Below, piece after piece: positions 18,834 to 26,951 of a stretch of 54,571 nucleotides of DNA. The position numbers and the translations under genes are program-made. How positions within the stretch are numbered: position 1 is the stretch's first letter; the number at the start of each line of letters is the position of its first letter. The DNA is from an uncultured bacterium (lineage in GTDB: Bacteria; Patescibacteriota; Microgenomatia; UBA1400; PJMF01), in NCBI GenBank assembly GCA_903842795.1, contig CAIMNJ010000017.1:1-54571 (forward strand), read 5' to 3'. A model generated the notes under the pieces. That model searched no databases, had not been told where the DNA came from, and saw nothing but the letters and a program-made list of their open reading frames with translations.

Positions 18834-21778
18834 GGTGCAGCCATTCCTGAACCTGATTCGTTGAGTAGAATAGCAGTTGTAACTGACCCAGGTCTTTCGT
18901 ATTTTACGTATTTGCTGCCATCGCTTAGGTTTTGGCATAGGCTAGAACTGGCAAAACAATGTTCTTTGACTTGTTGCAAATGAGCTTGAATTTTTTCTTC
19001 AGACCAAGCATCTGGAGAGTTGCTTTGAGCCATAAAATCTCTAATGTGTTGAGCAATTTGTTCCAATTCGTAGTCAGTGCCTTCGGTTTGACAGCTAAAT
19101 TCAGCGAAATCCATGCAATAAATTAAATCCATGTCTGAGTGTCTATCGTCGATCCAAGCAACTGGATGAGGGTGATCTTCTGCTGGAAATTGTGCTTCGC
19201 ATTTGCCGCCTTCGCGCCATCTTGTTGCTCTAGGATTATTGTCCATGTCGCTACTACAATTCATATTTCCAGGGCCATTGTAGTTACCAATAGCTTCAAC
19301 CAAATCTTCATATTGGATGTTGTTTTTATCAAAATTTCCTGGCCAATCATCTTTAATTAAGTGTTCCATGGCAGCTTTTGCGTCTTCTTTGAGACTAGTG
19401 CTAAGTGGTGCGCCACTAAAAACAGAGCCATTAGGATCGAGTCCAGCTTCAGTCCAGTGAATTCCAGCCACCACCTCACAAGGAATGCCTGTTTCTTGTT
19501 CTGCATATTCATAGGCTTCAATTAGTTCAGGAGTAATTCTTGGAGCAATGTCAGAGTTGAACATATTTTTGGCAAATTCAGGAATTTGACTTGCTGGAGG
19601 CAGGCCTTTAATGTTCTTAAAAGCTTCACCATTACAAAAAGACTGATTGGCAGCACCTTTTGGATCTCCTTTGCAGCGGCCAAGGAACATATCTTCAACT
19701 CTTTGGCAGGAGAGAATGTAATCATATGTTTGATTGTATGTGTTACGTAGCTTTTGCTGGATTTTACGCACCATAAAACCAAGTCCAAAATCTGGAAGCA
19801 ATAAATTACCCTTACTAGAAGATTCCATTCTGCTAGTGATATCGCTAAAGCCAAATCCGAAAGCATAGTGAGAACATTTCATGATTGTTGTCCAGACTCC
19901 ATTTTTAAAAATTTCTTCTGGCAGACATTCATCTATTGGATGGATTTCTTGTGAAGCGCCGATGCCCAAATCAGCACCTTTGATGGTGTAATATTTTGGA
20001 ATGGCACCCATCTTACTGGTGCCGTCATCGTTGGTCATATCTTCGATAATATTTGTTCTGACTAAATTGAAAAAATCCTCTTCACTCCAAAAAATACTTA
20101 GAGCCTTATTGGTATCTTTAATATTTTCACCTACTGGCAAAACAAGATAAGCATTAACAATCATTGGTGGATCTAGTGGTGGTCGATCTTCATCTACGAC
20201 CAGCTCCCATTCGAATGGGGTAATGTGTTTATCTTTCAGCTGATCAACTAATTGTTTGTTGGGTGAACTTCTGTAACTATATTGCTTCATTTCTTTTGAA
20301 GCGGGAGTGAACAGATCTCCAGCAGCTTCCCAGTTTAGGTCTTCTTGATTAAAAACAAGCTCAATACCACTTGCGGTGGCTTGTCTTTCATTGATCGCAA
20401 AACTGGACATATCAATCTGTTCACCGGTTTCGCTAGTGGTGTTTTCAATCACTCTGAGAGTGTCGTTTTTGCATTTTAGAGAAGCGCCATTAATGATACT
20501 GATAAGACTTTTTTCCAAAGGCTTGCCACATTTTGGATAGGGACAATGAATAACTGGATCTGGCTGAGTTTGTGCTAATTCGTAAAGCAACTCTCTTCTG
20601 TCAGCTTGATCTTTCAGGTCTTTGTCATTTTGTTCTTTTGGCTGAATGACCATTCTGGTAAGTTCTAGAGTGTCAATGTTGCCAGCAATTCTTGATTTGT
20701 TGGTGCCAAAATCTGGGATTTTAAAAGCGATAAAGATTGGGGCATGAACTTGAGCGTCTATTTGTGGATCTTCTTGTAGGAAATAAAACTTATCGCCATC
20801 ATCATCTTTCCCCGGATCTTGAGTGGGCACTAATACTAAGAAAGCAATACGATAAAGCGTATCCAAATCAATTGGAATGCGACCGATAGCTTCTCTGGTT
20901 TTAGCTATTTTGTCAGGACTTACCGTTGGTGGCTTATAGTCAATTGTTTGGGTATTGCTGTCACCACCAGTAAGATCAAAACAGACTTGTTGATAGAGTT
21001 TTTCACCTTCCAATTCTGGTCTGATTTCTTTCACCCAATCAAGTAAATCGGTAATTTTGAAGTCAACATCAACAATGTGCTGATCTGAAGTAATGTTGGC
21101 AGCTTCACCATCAGTGACTATTTTGCTGCCACCGTCTTGGTCAACGGCAATTTTAAAATTATATTTTTTATTAATAGTGCAGTCATCGGTAACTTCATCA
21201 CAAATAAGTTTGGAAGCCAAAATATTTTGAGTTTTGGCTAGACATTGTTGATAAGAAGATAAGACTCTTTTGCCAACGCCAGCAGCATTAAGCATGTAAC
21301 TGTTTTGAGCTGTTTGATAATTAGCGCCAAACATTCCTTCCAGAGAACTATTTTTTTGGGTGCTATTTTTGTCTTCCATGCCTCGATACATAGGAATGCG
21401 AGCCTTACTCATATCGACCAAATATGGATCAACACCATCAAAAATAGTTGGATTAAGGCCGTGATAAAAGCTTTCTTCTGGTGGAACATCTCCGCTAAAA
21501 AACTTATTGATGTCTCCAAGCAATTTTTTATCAATTGTCCACTGCATGGCAGCACAGTGAGCTTCATAGCCCTGATCTTTGACCATGGCCTTCAAAATTT
21601 CTTCAGTACTGTAACTAGTACCGTTTGGCAAAAACATTGGCATGAGTGTAAATGCACTTGTTGATTCTGCTGATTGAGCGGGGGAGTCTTCGGCTAAAAC
21701 CAAACTTGGAAAAAGCAAGGCGGAACAAACCATCAAAAACAAAACCAAAACCGCTTTTTTTGAAAATCGATTTAACAC
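18830..21778 (-). CDS. Large secreted protein with a C-terminal SLT/lysozyme-like domain (VirB1-type role)
   Basis: 982 aa with a signal peptide (VLVLFLMVCSALLFPSLVLA). Near the C-terminus, GIPCEVVAGIHWTEAGLDPNG and EAIGNYNGPGN resemble the SLT motifs (E-S/A-G-x-N/D-P and AYNAGPG). It is Cys-rich. The start codon is GTG. Confidence 0.5.
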   Translation of the reverse strand: MLNRFSKKAVLVLFLMVCSALLFPSLVLAEDSPAQSAESTSAFTLMPMFLPNGTSYSTEEILKAMVKDQGYEAHCAAMQWTIDKKLLGDINKFFSGDVPPEESFYHGLNPTIFDGVDPYLVDMSKARIPMYRGMEDKNSTQKNSSLEGMFGANYQTAQNSYMLNAAGVGKRVLSSYQQCLAKTQNILASKLICDEVTDDCTINKKYNFKIAVDQDGGSKIVTDGEAANITSDQHIVDVDFKITDLLDWVKEIRPELEGEKLYQQVCFDLTGGDSNTQTIDYKPPTVSPDKIAKTREAIGRIPIDLDTLYRIAFLVLVPTQDPGKDDDGDKFYFLQEDPQIDAQVHAPIFIAFKIPDFGTNKSRIAGNIDTLELTRMVIQPKEQNDKDLKDQADRRELLYELAQTQPDPVIHCPYPKCGKPLEKSLISIINGASLKCKNDTLRVIENTTSETGEQIDMSSFAINERQATASGIELVFNQEDLNWEAAGDLFTPASKEMKQYSYRSSPNKQLVDQLKDKHITPFEWELVVDEDRPPLDPPMIVNAYLVLPVGENIKDTNKALSIFWSEEDFFNLVRTNIIEDMTNDDGTSKMGAIPKYYTIKGADLGIGASQEIHPIDECLPEEIFKNGVWTTIMKCSHYAFGFGFSDITSRMESSSKGNLLLPDFGLGFMVRKIQQKLRNTYNQTYDYILSCQRVEDMFLGRCKGDPKGAANQSFCNGEAFKNIKGLPPASQIPEFAKNMFNSDIAPRITPELIEAYEYAEQETGIPCEVVAGIHWTEAGLDPNGSVFSGAPLSTSLKEDAKAAMEHLIKDDWPGNFDKNNIQYEDLVEAIGNYNGPGNMNCSSDMDNNPRATRWREGGKCEAQFPAEDHPHPVAWIDDRHSDMDLIYCMDFAEFSCQTEGTDYELEQIAQHIRDFMAQSNSPDAWSEEKIQAHLQQVKEHCFASSSLCQNLSDGSKYVKYERPGSVTTAILLNESGSGMAAP

Positions 21779-21784
21779 GACTTG

Positions 21785-21790
21785 ATTATA
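21785..21790 (-). promoter_or_regulatory. -10 hexamer TATAAT 6 nt upstream of the GTG start of the 982-aa gene
   Basis: Minus strand reads TATAAT-caagtc-GTG, inside the 27-bp gap after the pilin-like gene. Confidence 0.3.
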
Positions 21791-21805
21791 CTAATAATAG
21801 GGGTT

Positions 21806-22447
21806 CTAGGAAAGAATGCGAATTCCAAAAATCAACTCTAGTAGTTGAGCAATCCAATAGGCCGCAAAAAGCAAGATAAAACCCATAATAGCAGCGGTAA
21901 TTCTTTGCTTTCCCTCATCAAGTGATTTGGAATTATTTGCTCCAGCGAGCATTTGAAAGCCTCCGAGCAATAAAACCATAAACAAAATAATACCGGCGAT
22001 TGGAAATACAAAACTGCCTAAAGCTTTAGAAATAATTCCTCCAGGAGTAGTTAGGTCAGCATCACCACCACCAACGGAAATAGGATTAAGATTGCCTAGA
22101 GTTTGTTCACTAACGGTGGTATTTCCAAAGATACAATCTTTTGCTCCAGCAGCATAGGTTTCTCCACAGAAAGCAGTGGTTTCGCTTGGGTTGGCGGTTA
22201 AGCATGAATCCCAAGAATCACCTTGTTGTACCCAGCCGCAACAAATCCCTCGGTTAGTCCAAATGATATCCCATTGCTCATATGATTCCCACTGTGCACC
22301 TGGACAATTGCAGATTGCGCCATCTGGAACAGTTGCGCTACCATTAGTTTCGCCACAGCCATATTCGGTTGCTTTAGCAATTCCAGCAAAAAGAAAAATA
22401 AAAACTATTTGTAGAAATATGGTTCTAATAATTTTTTTCATGATCAT
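21806..22447 (-). CDS. T4SS pilin-like protein (VirB2/TrbC-type C-terminal hairpin) with a Cys-rich N-terminal ectodomain
   Basis: 213 aa with a signal peptide. The C-terminus FPIAGIILFMVLLLGGFQMLAGANNSKSLDEGKQRITAAIMGFILLFAAYWIAQLL has two TM helices and a basic loop, the layout of T4SS pilins common in CPR genomes. The mature N-terminal part has 9 Cys. Confidence 0.65.
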   Translation of the reverse strand: MIMKKIIRTIFLQIVFIFLFAGIAKATEYGCGETNGSATVPDGAICNCPGAQWESYEQWDIIWTNRGICCGWVQQGDSWDSCLTANPSETTAFCGETYAAGAKDCIFGNTTVSEQTLGNLNPISVGGGDADLTTPGGIISKALGSFVFPIAGIILFMVLLLGGFQMLAGANNSKSLDEGKQRITAAIMGFILLFAAYWIAQLLELIFGIRILS

Positions 22448-23310
22448 TCTCCAAATCCTGGGATGTGCAGAATCGATACACCAATAAATTGTAAAATAGT
22501 AACTGAAAAAATAACAAACAAAAGTCCAATAATTGCAGAAGTGATGTTTTCCTTAGCCTCCTTGGTTTTATTTGGATCACCTTGAGATACAGATAACATA
22601 AAAGCGCCAACTAAAATCATAATTAAAACAACACCACCTCCAAGTGCCAAACCAATGGTGATTACAACTTTGATGATTTCATCTGGTTTGCTAGGAATAC
22701 AACCAATTGCTGTCCAGATGCCATTGCCATTGAAACAAGTGGCGCAAGCTTCATATTGAGGAGTGCCAGTTTTGATTTGAGCACAAAGCTCGTAGTTGGA
22801 GGTGCTGTCTAAATTTTCATTGCATTCTTCTGCAGCACATTGAGCCTGCACCATAGTGGAGCTGGCGACAACAACAGTATTATTCTCACCGCCATTTTGG
22901 CCATCATAGTCATTAGAAAGGTGGACAATAAATTCGTAAGAACAGCCGCCCTTAATTTCACTTCCTGGAATGGTTAGGTTTGCTGAGCCATTAGTAACAA
23001 CTGCTTCAGTGTAGCCAATTTCTGGCCAGTCGCTGCAACCACTGCTACCATTAATTCTGACTTTAACATTGGCGCCATCTGGAAAAGGTAGTCCATTATT
23101 GTATGCGAGACCAGATAAATTGACGGTAGCATCAGTTCCAGCTTCTACACAACCATTAAAAAAACTACAGCTTTTGCCGTCTCTAGTTTGATAAACTTGG
23201 GAAGTTTCTATAATTGGCGCTGGGTCGCCAGCAAAAACCTTTTCTTTACTCAAAGAAACTGCAATGCATAAGAACAAAAAACCAAGAGCAATTTTTCTCA
23301 TCTTTTTCAC
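22444..23310 (-). CDS. T4SS pilin-like protein (VirB2/TrbC-type C-terminal hairpin) with a roughly 190-aa Cys-rich ectodomain
   Basis: 288 aa with a signal peptide. The C-terminus VVITIGLALGGGVVLIMILVGAFMLSVSQGDPNKTKEAKENITSAIIGLLFVIFSVTILQFIG supports the pilin call. It overlaps the next gene by 4 nt (ATGA). The track start is GTG. The ATG at 23299-23301, preceded by AAGGGTG, is a likely alternative start. Confidence 0.7.
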   Translation of the reverse strand: MKKMRKIALGFLFLCIAVSLSKEKVFAGDPAPIIETSQVYQTRDGKSCSFFNGCVEAGTDATVNLSGLAYNNGLPFPDGANVKVRINGSSGCSDWPEIGYTEAVVTNGSANLTIPGSEIKGGCSYEFIVHLSNDYDGQNGGENNTVVVASSTMVQAQCAAEECNENLDSTSNYELCAQIKTGTPQYEACATCFNGNGIWTAIGCIPSKPDEIIKVVITIGLALGGGVVLIMILVGAFMLSVSQGDPNKTKEAKENITSAIIGLLFVIFSVTILQFIGVSILHIPGFGE

Positions 23311-23336
23311 CCTTATATTTTAGCTTATTTCTTTAG

Positions 23337-23342
23337 TAGAAT
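23337..23342 (+). promoter_or_regulatory. -10-like TAGAAT 6 nt upstream of the SpoIID-like ATG
   Basis: Reads TAGAAT-gaagac-ATG in the 38-bp divergent spacer. Confidence 0.3.
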
Positions 23343-23348
23343 GAAGAC

Positions 23349-25079
23349 ATGTTTTTCTCCCGCAGATTTATGTTTTTTTTGTTGATTTTTACCGCTGTTT
23401 TTACTGGTTTTATTTTATTTAAGCCTGGAATATTTAGTGTTAGAGCAGATGAGATCAGCGACTTACAGACCCAAATCGATGAATTAGCCAAACTAAAGGC
23501 TATGTCAGAAAGTGCCACCACTCCTCTGGAAAAAGAAGTTAAAAATTTGGAAGCACGTATAAATTCTGCTAGAGCGGGCATTGAAAAAGCCAAAAAACAA
23601 GCCGCTGATTTAGCCATCAGTATTGAGAATAGGGAAAAAGATCTGGTTTATCATTATCAAATTTTTGCGAACAGAGTGGCGCAATCATATAAAAGAGAGC
23701 GCACTTTTAACCCACTAAGCCTTTTTCTCTCTAGCCAAACTGCTAGTCAACTCACTAAAGATTTGGCTTATCAAGAATCGGCTAGAGCACAAGATGATCG
23801 TTTAATTCGTTCTCTTTCGGAAGAAATTAGTAACCTAAGTGCTGACAAGAAAAAACTTGAATCGGATCAGGTTCGTTTAGCTGCCTTATCTAAGCAATTA
23901 GATGTGCAAGCAGATTTCTTTAAAGGAGAAATTGCTAAAGCTAAAAGCTATCAAAAAGAACTTAGTGGTAAAATTGCCGATCTTTCTGCCAAGCAACAGG
24001 CGATTTTAGCTGCTCGTAGCGGTAGCTTTGTTACTAGCGCTGGCAGCGTGCCAATAGGATCAGACTATGAAGGGTCAATTGCTGGATTTAGAGAAAAAGC
24101 TCCAGCTAATTCTTTTGCTGTTTTTGCTTTTGGTGCTTACACTCATCGTAAGGGTATGAGCCAATATGGCGCCAAAGCCCGTGCCTCTGCTGGTCAGAAC
24201 TACAAGCAAATTCTTAGTGCTTACTATGGTAAAGAACCAGTCTCTAAGGATACGGGCGGAGATATCTCTGTAAGTGGAGTGGGGAGTATTTCTTTGGAAG
24301 ACAAATATTTATATGGTATTGCAGAAATGCCATCAGACTGGCCAGAAGAAGCATTGAGAGCTCAAGCAGTGGCGGCCCGTACTTTTGCTTATCGCTATAA
24401 GGTTGATAACAAGACAATTTGCACCACTGAAGCTTGTCAAGTTTATAGTAGTAGTAAGGCTGCCAATCCTCCAGAAGCATGGAAGAAGGCAGTCAACGAT
24501 ACTCGTGGAATGATTTTGGAAGATGTGGTGACTTTTTACTCTTCTACCGCGGGAGGGTACCTTAGTACTTATGGGTGGGATACAACCGATCATAATGGTG
24601 GTGGAGATTGGACGAGTCGAGCTTATGAGAGCTTGGCTAATTCTCCATGGTTTTATAAGGCTTGGTATCGTAATGGTTATCGCAACGACGCTTCTTCTTG
24701 TGGTCGTTATCCATGGCTTTCACAAGAAGAGATGTCTGATATTCTCAATGCTTGGTTGGTGCGTAAAGATCCGCGCGGAGCTGATACCTCTAGAATTTTA
24801 CCGGTTACCATTGGTGAATGTGGTGTGGGTGGTCAATCTGGTAATCCATACAGTATGTCTGAACTACGTAATTTTGTAGATAATCCTGTTGTTTCAATTA
24901 GTTCGGTGCAAACAAAACATAATGATAGTGGCTATACATCAGAAGTAACTTTTTTAACCAATCGCGGCACTATTAGTATGTCTGGAGCTGAATTTAAAGA
25001 GACTTTTAACACTCGCGCACCAGGTTATATTTCTATTCCACAAAGTGGTTTTGCCTTTTTTAATATTGAGAAAAAATAA
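23349..25079 (+). CDS. SpoIID/LytB-domain protein with an N-terminal coiled coil
   Basis: 576 aa with an N-terminal anchor and a coiled coil of about 200 aa. The SpoIID signature is YLYGIAEMPSDWPEEALRAQAVAARTFAYRY. Confidence 0.8.
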   Translation: MFFSRRFMFFLLIFTAVFTGFILFKPGIFSVRADEISDLQTQIDELAKLKAMSESATTPLEKEVKNLEARINSARAGIEKAKKQAADLAISIENREKDLVYHYQIFANRVAQSYKRERTFNPLSLFLSSQTASQLTKDLAYQESARAQDDRLIRSLSEEISNLSADKKKLESDQVRLAALSKQLDVQADFFKGEIAKAKSYQKELSGKIADLSAKQQAILAARSGSFVTSAGSVPIGSDYEGSIAGFREKAPANSFAVFAFGAYTHRKGMSQYGAKARASAGQNYKQILSAYYGKEPVSKDTGGDISVSGVGSISLEDKYLYGIAEMPSDWPEEALRAQAVAARTFAYRYKVDNKTICTTEACQVYSSSKAANPPEAWKKAVNDTRGMILEDVVTFYSSTAGGYLSTYGWDTTDHNGGGDWTSRAYESLANSPWFYKAWYRNGYRNDASSCGRYPWLSQEEMSDILNAWLVRKDPRGADTSRILPVTIGECGVGGQSGNPYSMSELRNFVDNPVVSISSVQTKHNDSGYTSEVTFLTNRGTISMSGAEFKETFNTRAPGYISIPQSGFAFFNIEKK

Positions 25080-25103
25080 CTTTTTCAAAAGCTGTTGTTG
25101 AAC

Positions 25104-26912
25104 TTAAATTCCTTGTAAGAATTTTGCTGCCCAAGGTCTGTAATTGCTTTTGTAAACATCTTTACGAACAATCTGATTGTCCTTGTCGTAAATAATATTG
25201 GTAAATTCAGATTTAATGCCAGCCGCTGACCAGTCAATCTGCTTGAGTTGCCCAGGTTTCAAACTGGGGTCAGGAATATAAATTGTCGGTAAAGCAGGAG
25301 TTTGACCCCATTTTTTGTAATCAACAATTTCCGTGTGTCTGCCGTCACTGGTGCCGTAGATTTTACAGAACATATATAAGTCTTTACTGTTGGTTTGACA
25401 GTTAATCAAGATGTGGCTGTCGGTATCATTAACAAAACGCAAATCTATGTCATCTTCAAAAACGGTAGCATCAAACCCAGGCTCATTACCAATTTCATAA
25501 TAAGAAACACGGTAGGCATGAGGTAAACGACGAGTAATTTCTAGACCAGCATTAAGTAAAGAGCGAAAAAGCGTGCTGCTAACCTGACAAACACCTCCGC
25601 CTGGAGCTAATTTTGTTTGACCACCTTCAATAATATAAGCGCTTTTATATCCGGTTTTATCAGAAACTTCTCCAATTACGTCGTTGAAGGAAAATTCTTC
25701 TCCTGGTTTGACTATGTGATTGGTAATACGACTAGCTGCTAAGGCAACATTGCTAATACGATTGGGGATAGAGTGATAATACCAACTTTCCCCAAAACCA
25801 ATCACTTCTTTAATACCTAAATTGTTGGTTTTTTCTAGGGTTTTTTGGGCTTGAGAGCTTTGCATAGGCAGAGCAAAAACATCAAAGCCTTCTTTGTCAT
25901 TTTCAATTTGGTTTAGAAAATCCTCAATAATTTTTTTAGTTGCTACTTCATCGACTTCTAAGCCATTTTCATCTGGCACAAACTCTTCAACTTTTAGGCT
26001 ATTTTGGTCATAAATAAAAGCTGCATCTTTACTTGGTCGATCAATTCCTTGCTTTAATTTTTCAATGAAAGAAACAATTGTTTCTTGATCAAAGTCTTTT
26101 GGTAATAAAAGGAAGTTAATTAGTTGGTCGTCTTCTATTTCTATTTTTTGATACTCATATTTGAGGGTTAGTTTTTTATCGATAAATTTTTTTACTCTAT
26201 TTTCACTTGTTTCAAGCTGGCCATCTTCAAGAGAGGAAATGGAGTGTTTGACAATTGCTTCAATTTCTAAATCTTTGCCACTTAAGTCTCTTAAGTTTTT
26301 ACTTAAAAATTGTTGGTGCAGTGTTTGCCATGTTTCATCAACCAATAGTTCATTGCTGGTTTTTCCTTTATTAATGTTGATGTTTTTTCCAACTATATTT
26401 ACACTTGGTTTTTCTCCAACAAAATCGACGCTTTTTTTAAGATTTTCAACCTCTGTAACGATTTTTTCTTTGTTATAACTTAATCCAACGTAATTCCTAT
26501 TAGCATAGAAATTACTAAAAATTAGCCTTTTTATTTCTTTGATTCCAGTAATCGAATGATCACTTTCAAAACTTTTTTCCAAAGTTTCGTTTAAATTGTT
26601 GTTTATTTCCAGGTCTTTTAATTTCGTTTCAATTTTTTTGTCTTGATAAAACAAAACTAGAGAATCTGTTGAAAAATCTATTTTTCCTTTAAGTGACTTT
26701 TGTAGTTTTTCTTTGGCTTCAGTTTTCTTTAATCCAGACAAATTAACATCATCAATATACGTATTTGGATAAAAACGATCTTGATAATATTGAAAATAAA
26801 CAAAAATAAGCCACAAGCTGATGATTAATAATGAAAGACCAAGAGAAAGTGGGTAGAGATTCTTGTTCTTTTGTTCCAAGCTGCGCTTGATTGATGAATG
26901 AATTTTATCCAT
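25104..26912 (-). CDS. VanW-family protein
   Basis: 602 aa with an N-terminal TM helix. The VanW signature is GGGVCQVSSTLFRSLLNAGLEITRRLPHAYRVSYY...GFDATVF. Confidence 0.8.
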   Translation of the reverse strand: MDKIHSSIKRSLEQKNKNLYPLSLGLSLLIISLWLIFVYFQYYQDRFYPNTYIDDVNLSGLKKTEAKEKLQKSLKGKIDFSTDSLVLFYQDKKIETKLKDLEINNNLNETLEKSFESDHSITGIKEIKRLIFSNFYANRNYVGLSYNKEKIVTEVENLKKSVDFVGEKPSVNIVGKNININKGKTSNELLVDETWQTLHQQFLSKNLRDLSGKDLEIEAIVKHSISSLEDGQLETSENRVKKFIDKKLTLKYEYQKIEIEDDQLINFLLLPKDFDQETIVSFIEKLKQGIDRPSKDAAFIYDQNSLKVEEFVPDENGLEVDEVATKKIIEDFLNQIENDKEGFDVFALPMQSSQAQKTLEKTNNLGIKEVIGFGESWYYHSIPNRISNVALAASRITNHIVKPGEEFSFNDVIGEVSDKTGYKSAYIIEGGQTKLAPGGGVCQVSSTLFRSLLNAGLEITRRLPHAYRVSYYEIGNEPGFDATVFEDDIDLRFVNDTDSHILINCQTNSKDLYMFCKIYGTSDGRHTEIVDYKKWGQTPALPTIYIPDPSLKPGQLKQIDWSAAGIKSEFTNIIYDKDNQIVRKDVYKSNYRPWAAKFLQGI

Positions 26913-26922
26913 AATAGCAATG

Positions 26923-26944
26923 AACTACATTGTACTTTGTAGTT
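26923..26944. promoter_or_regulatory. Perfect 7-bp inverted repeat (AACTACA-N8-TGTAGTT) in a 39-bp divergent spacer
   Basis: Read directly from the sequence. It is the only structured element between the VanW-like and solute-binding-protein starts. Confidence 0.3.
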
Positions 26945-26951
26945 TGTTGAT

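Noticed and set aside
3662-23310. Integrative conjugative element or prophage
   Set aside because: No integrase, relaxase, excisionase, terminase, capsid or portal gene, flanking tRNA or direct repeats are visible. The locus is bounded by dnaA and by cell-wall genes. It remains possible only if the boundaries lie outside what I can recognise.
23333-23617. 94-aa minus-strand ORF overlapping the 5' end of the SpoIID-like gene
   Set aside because: It is antisense to a well-supported gene, has no motifs, and would leave no room for the divergent promoters.
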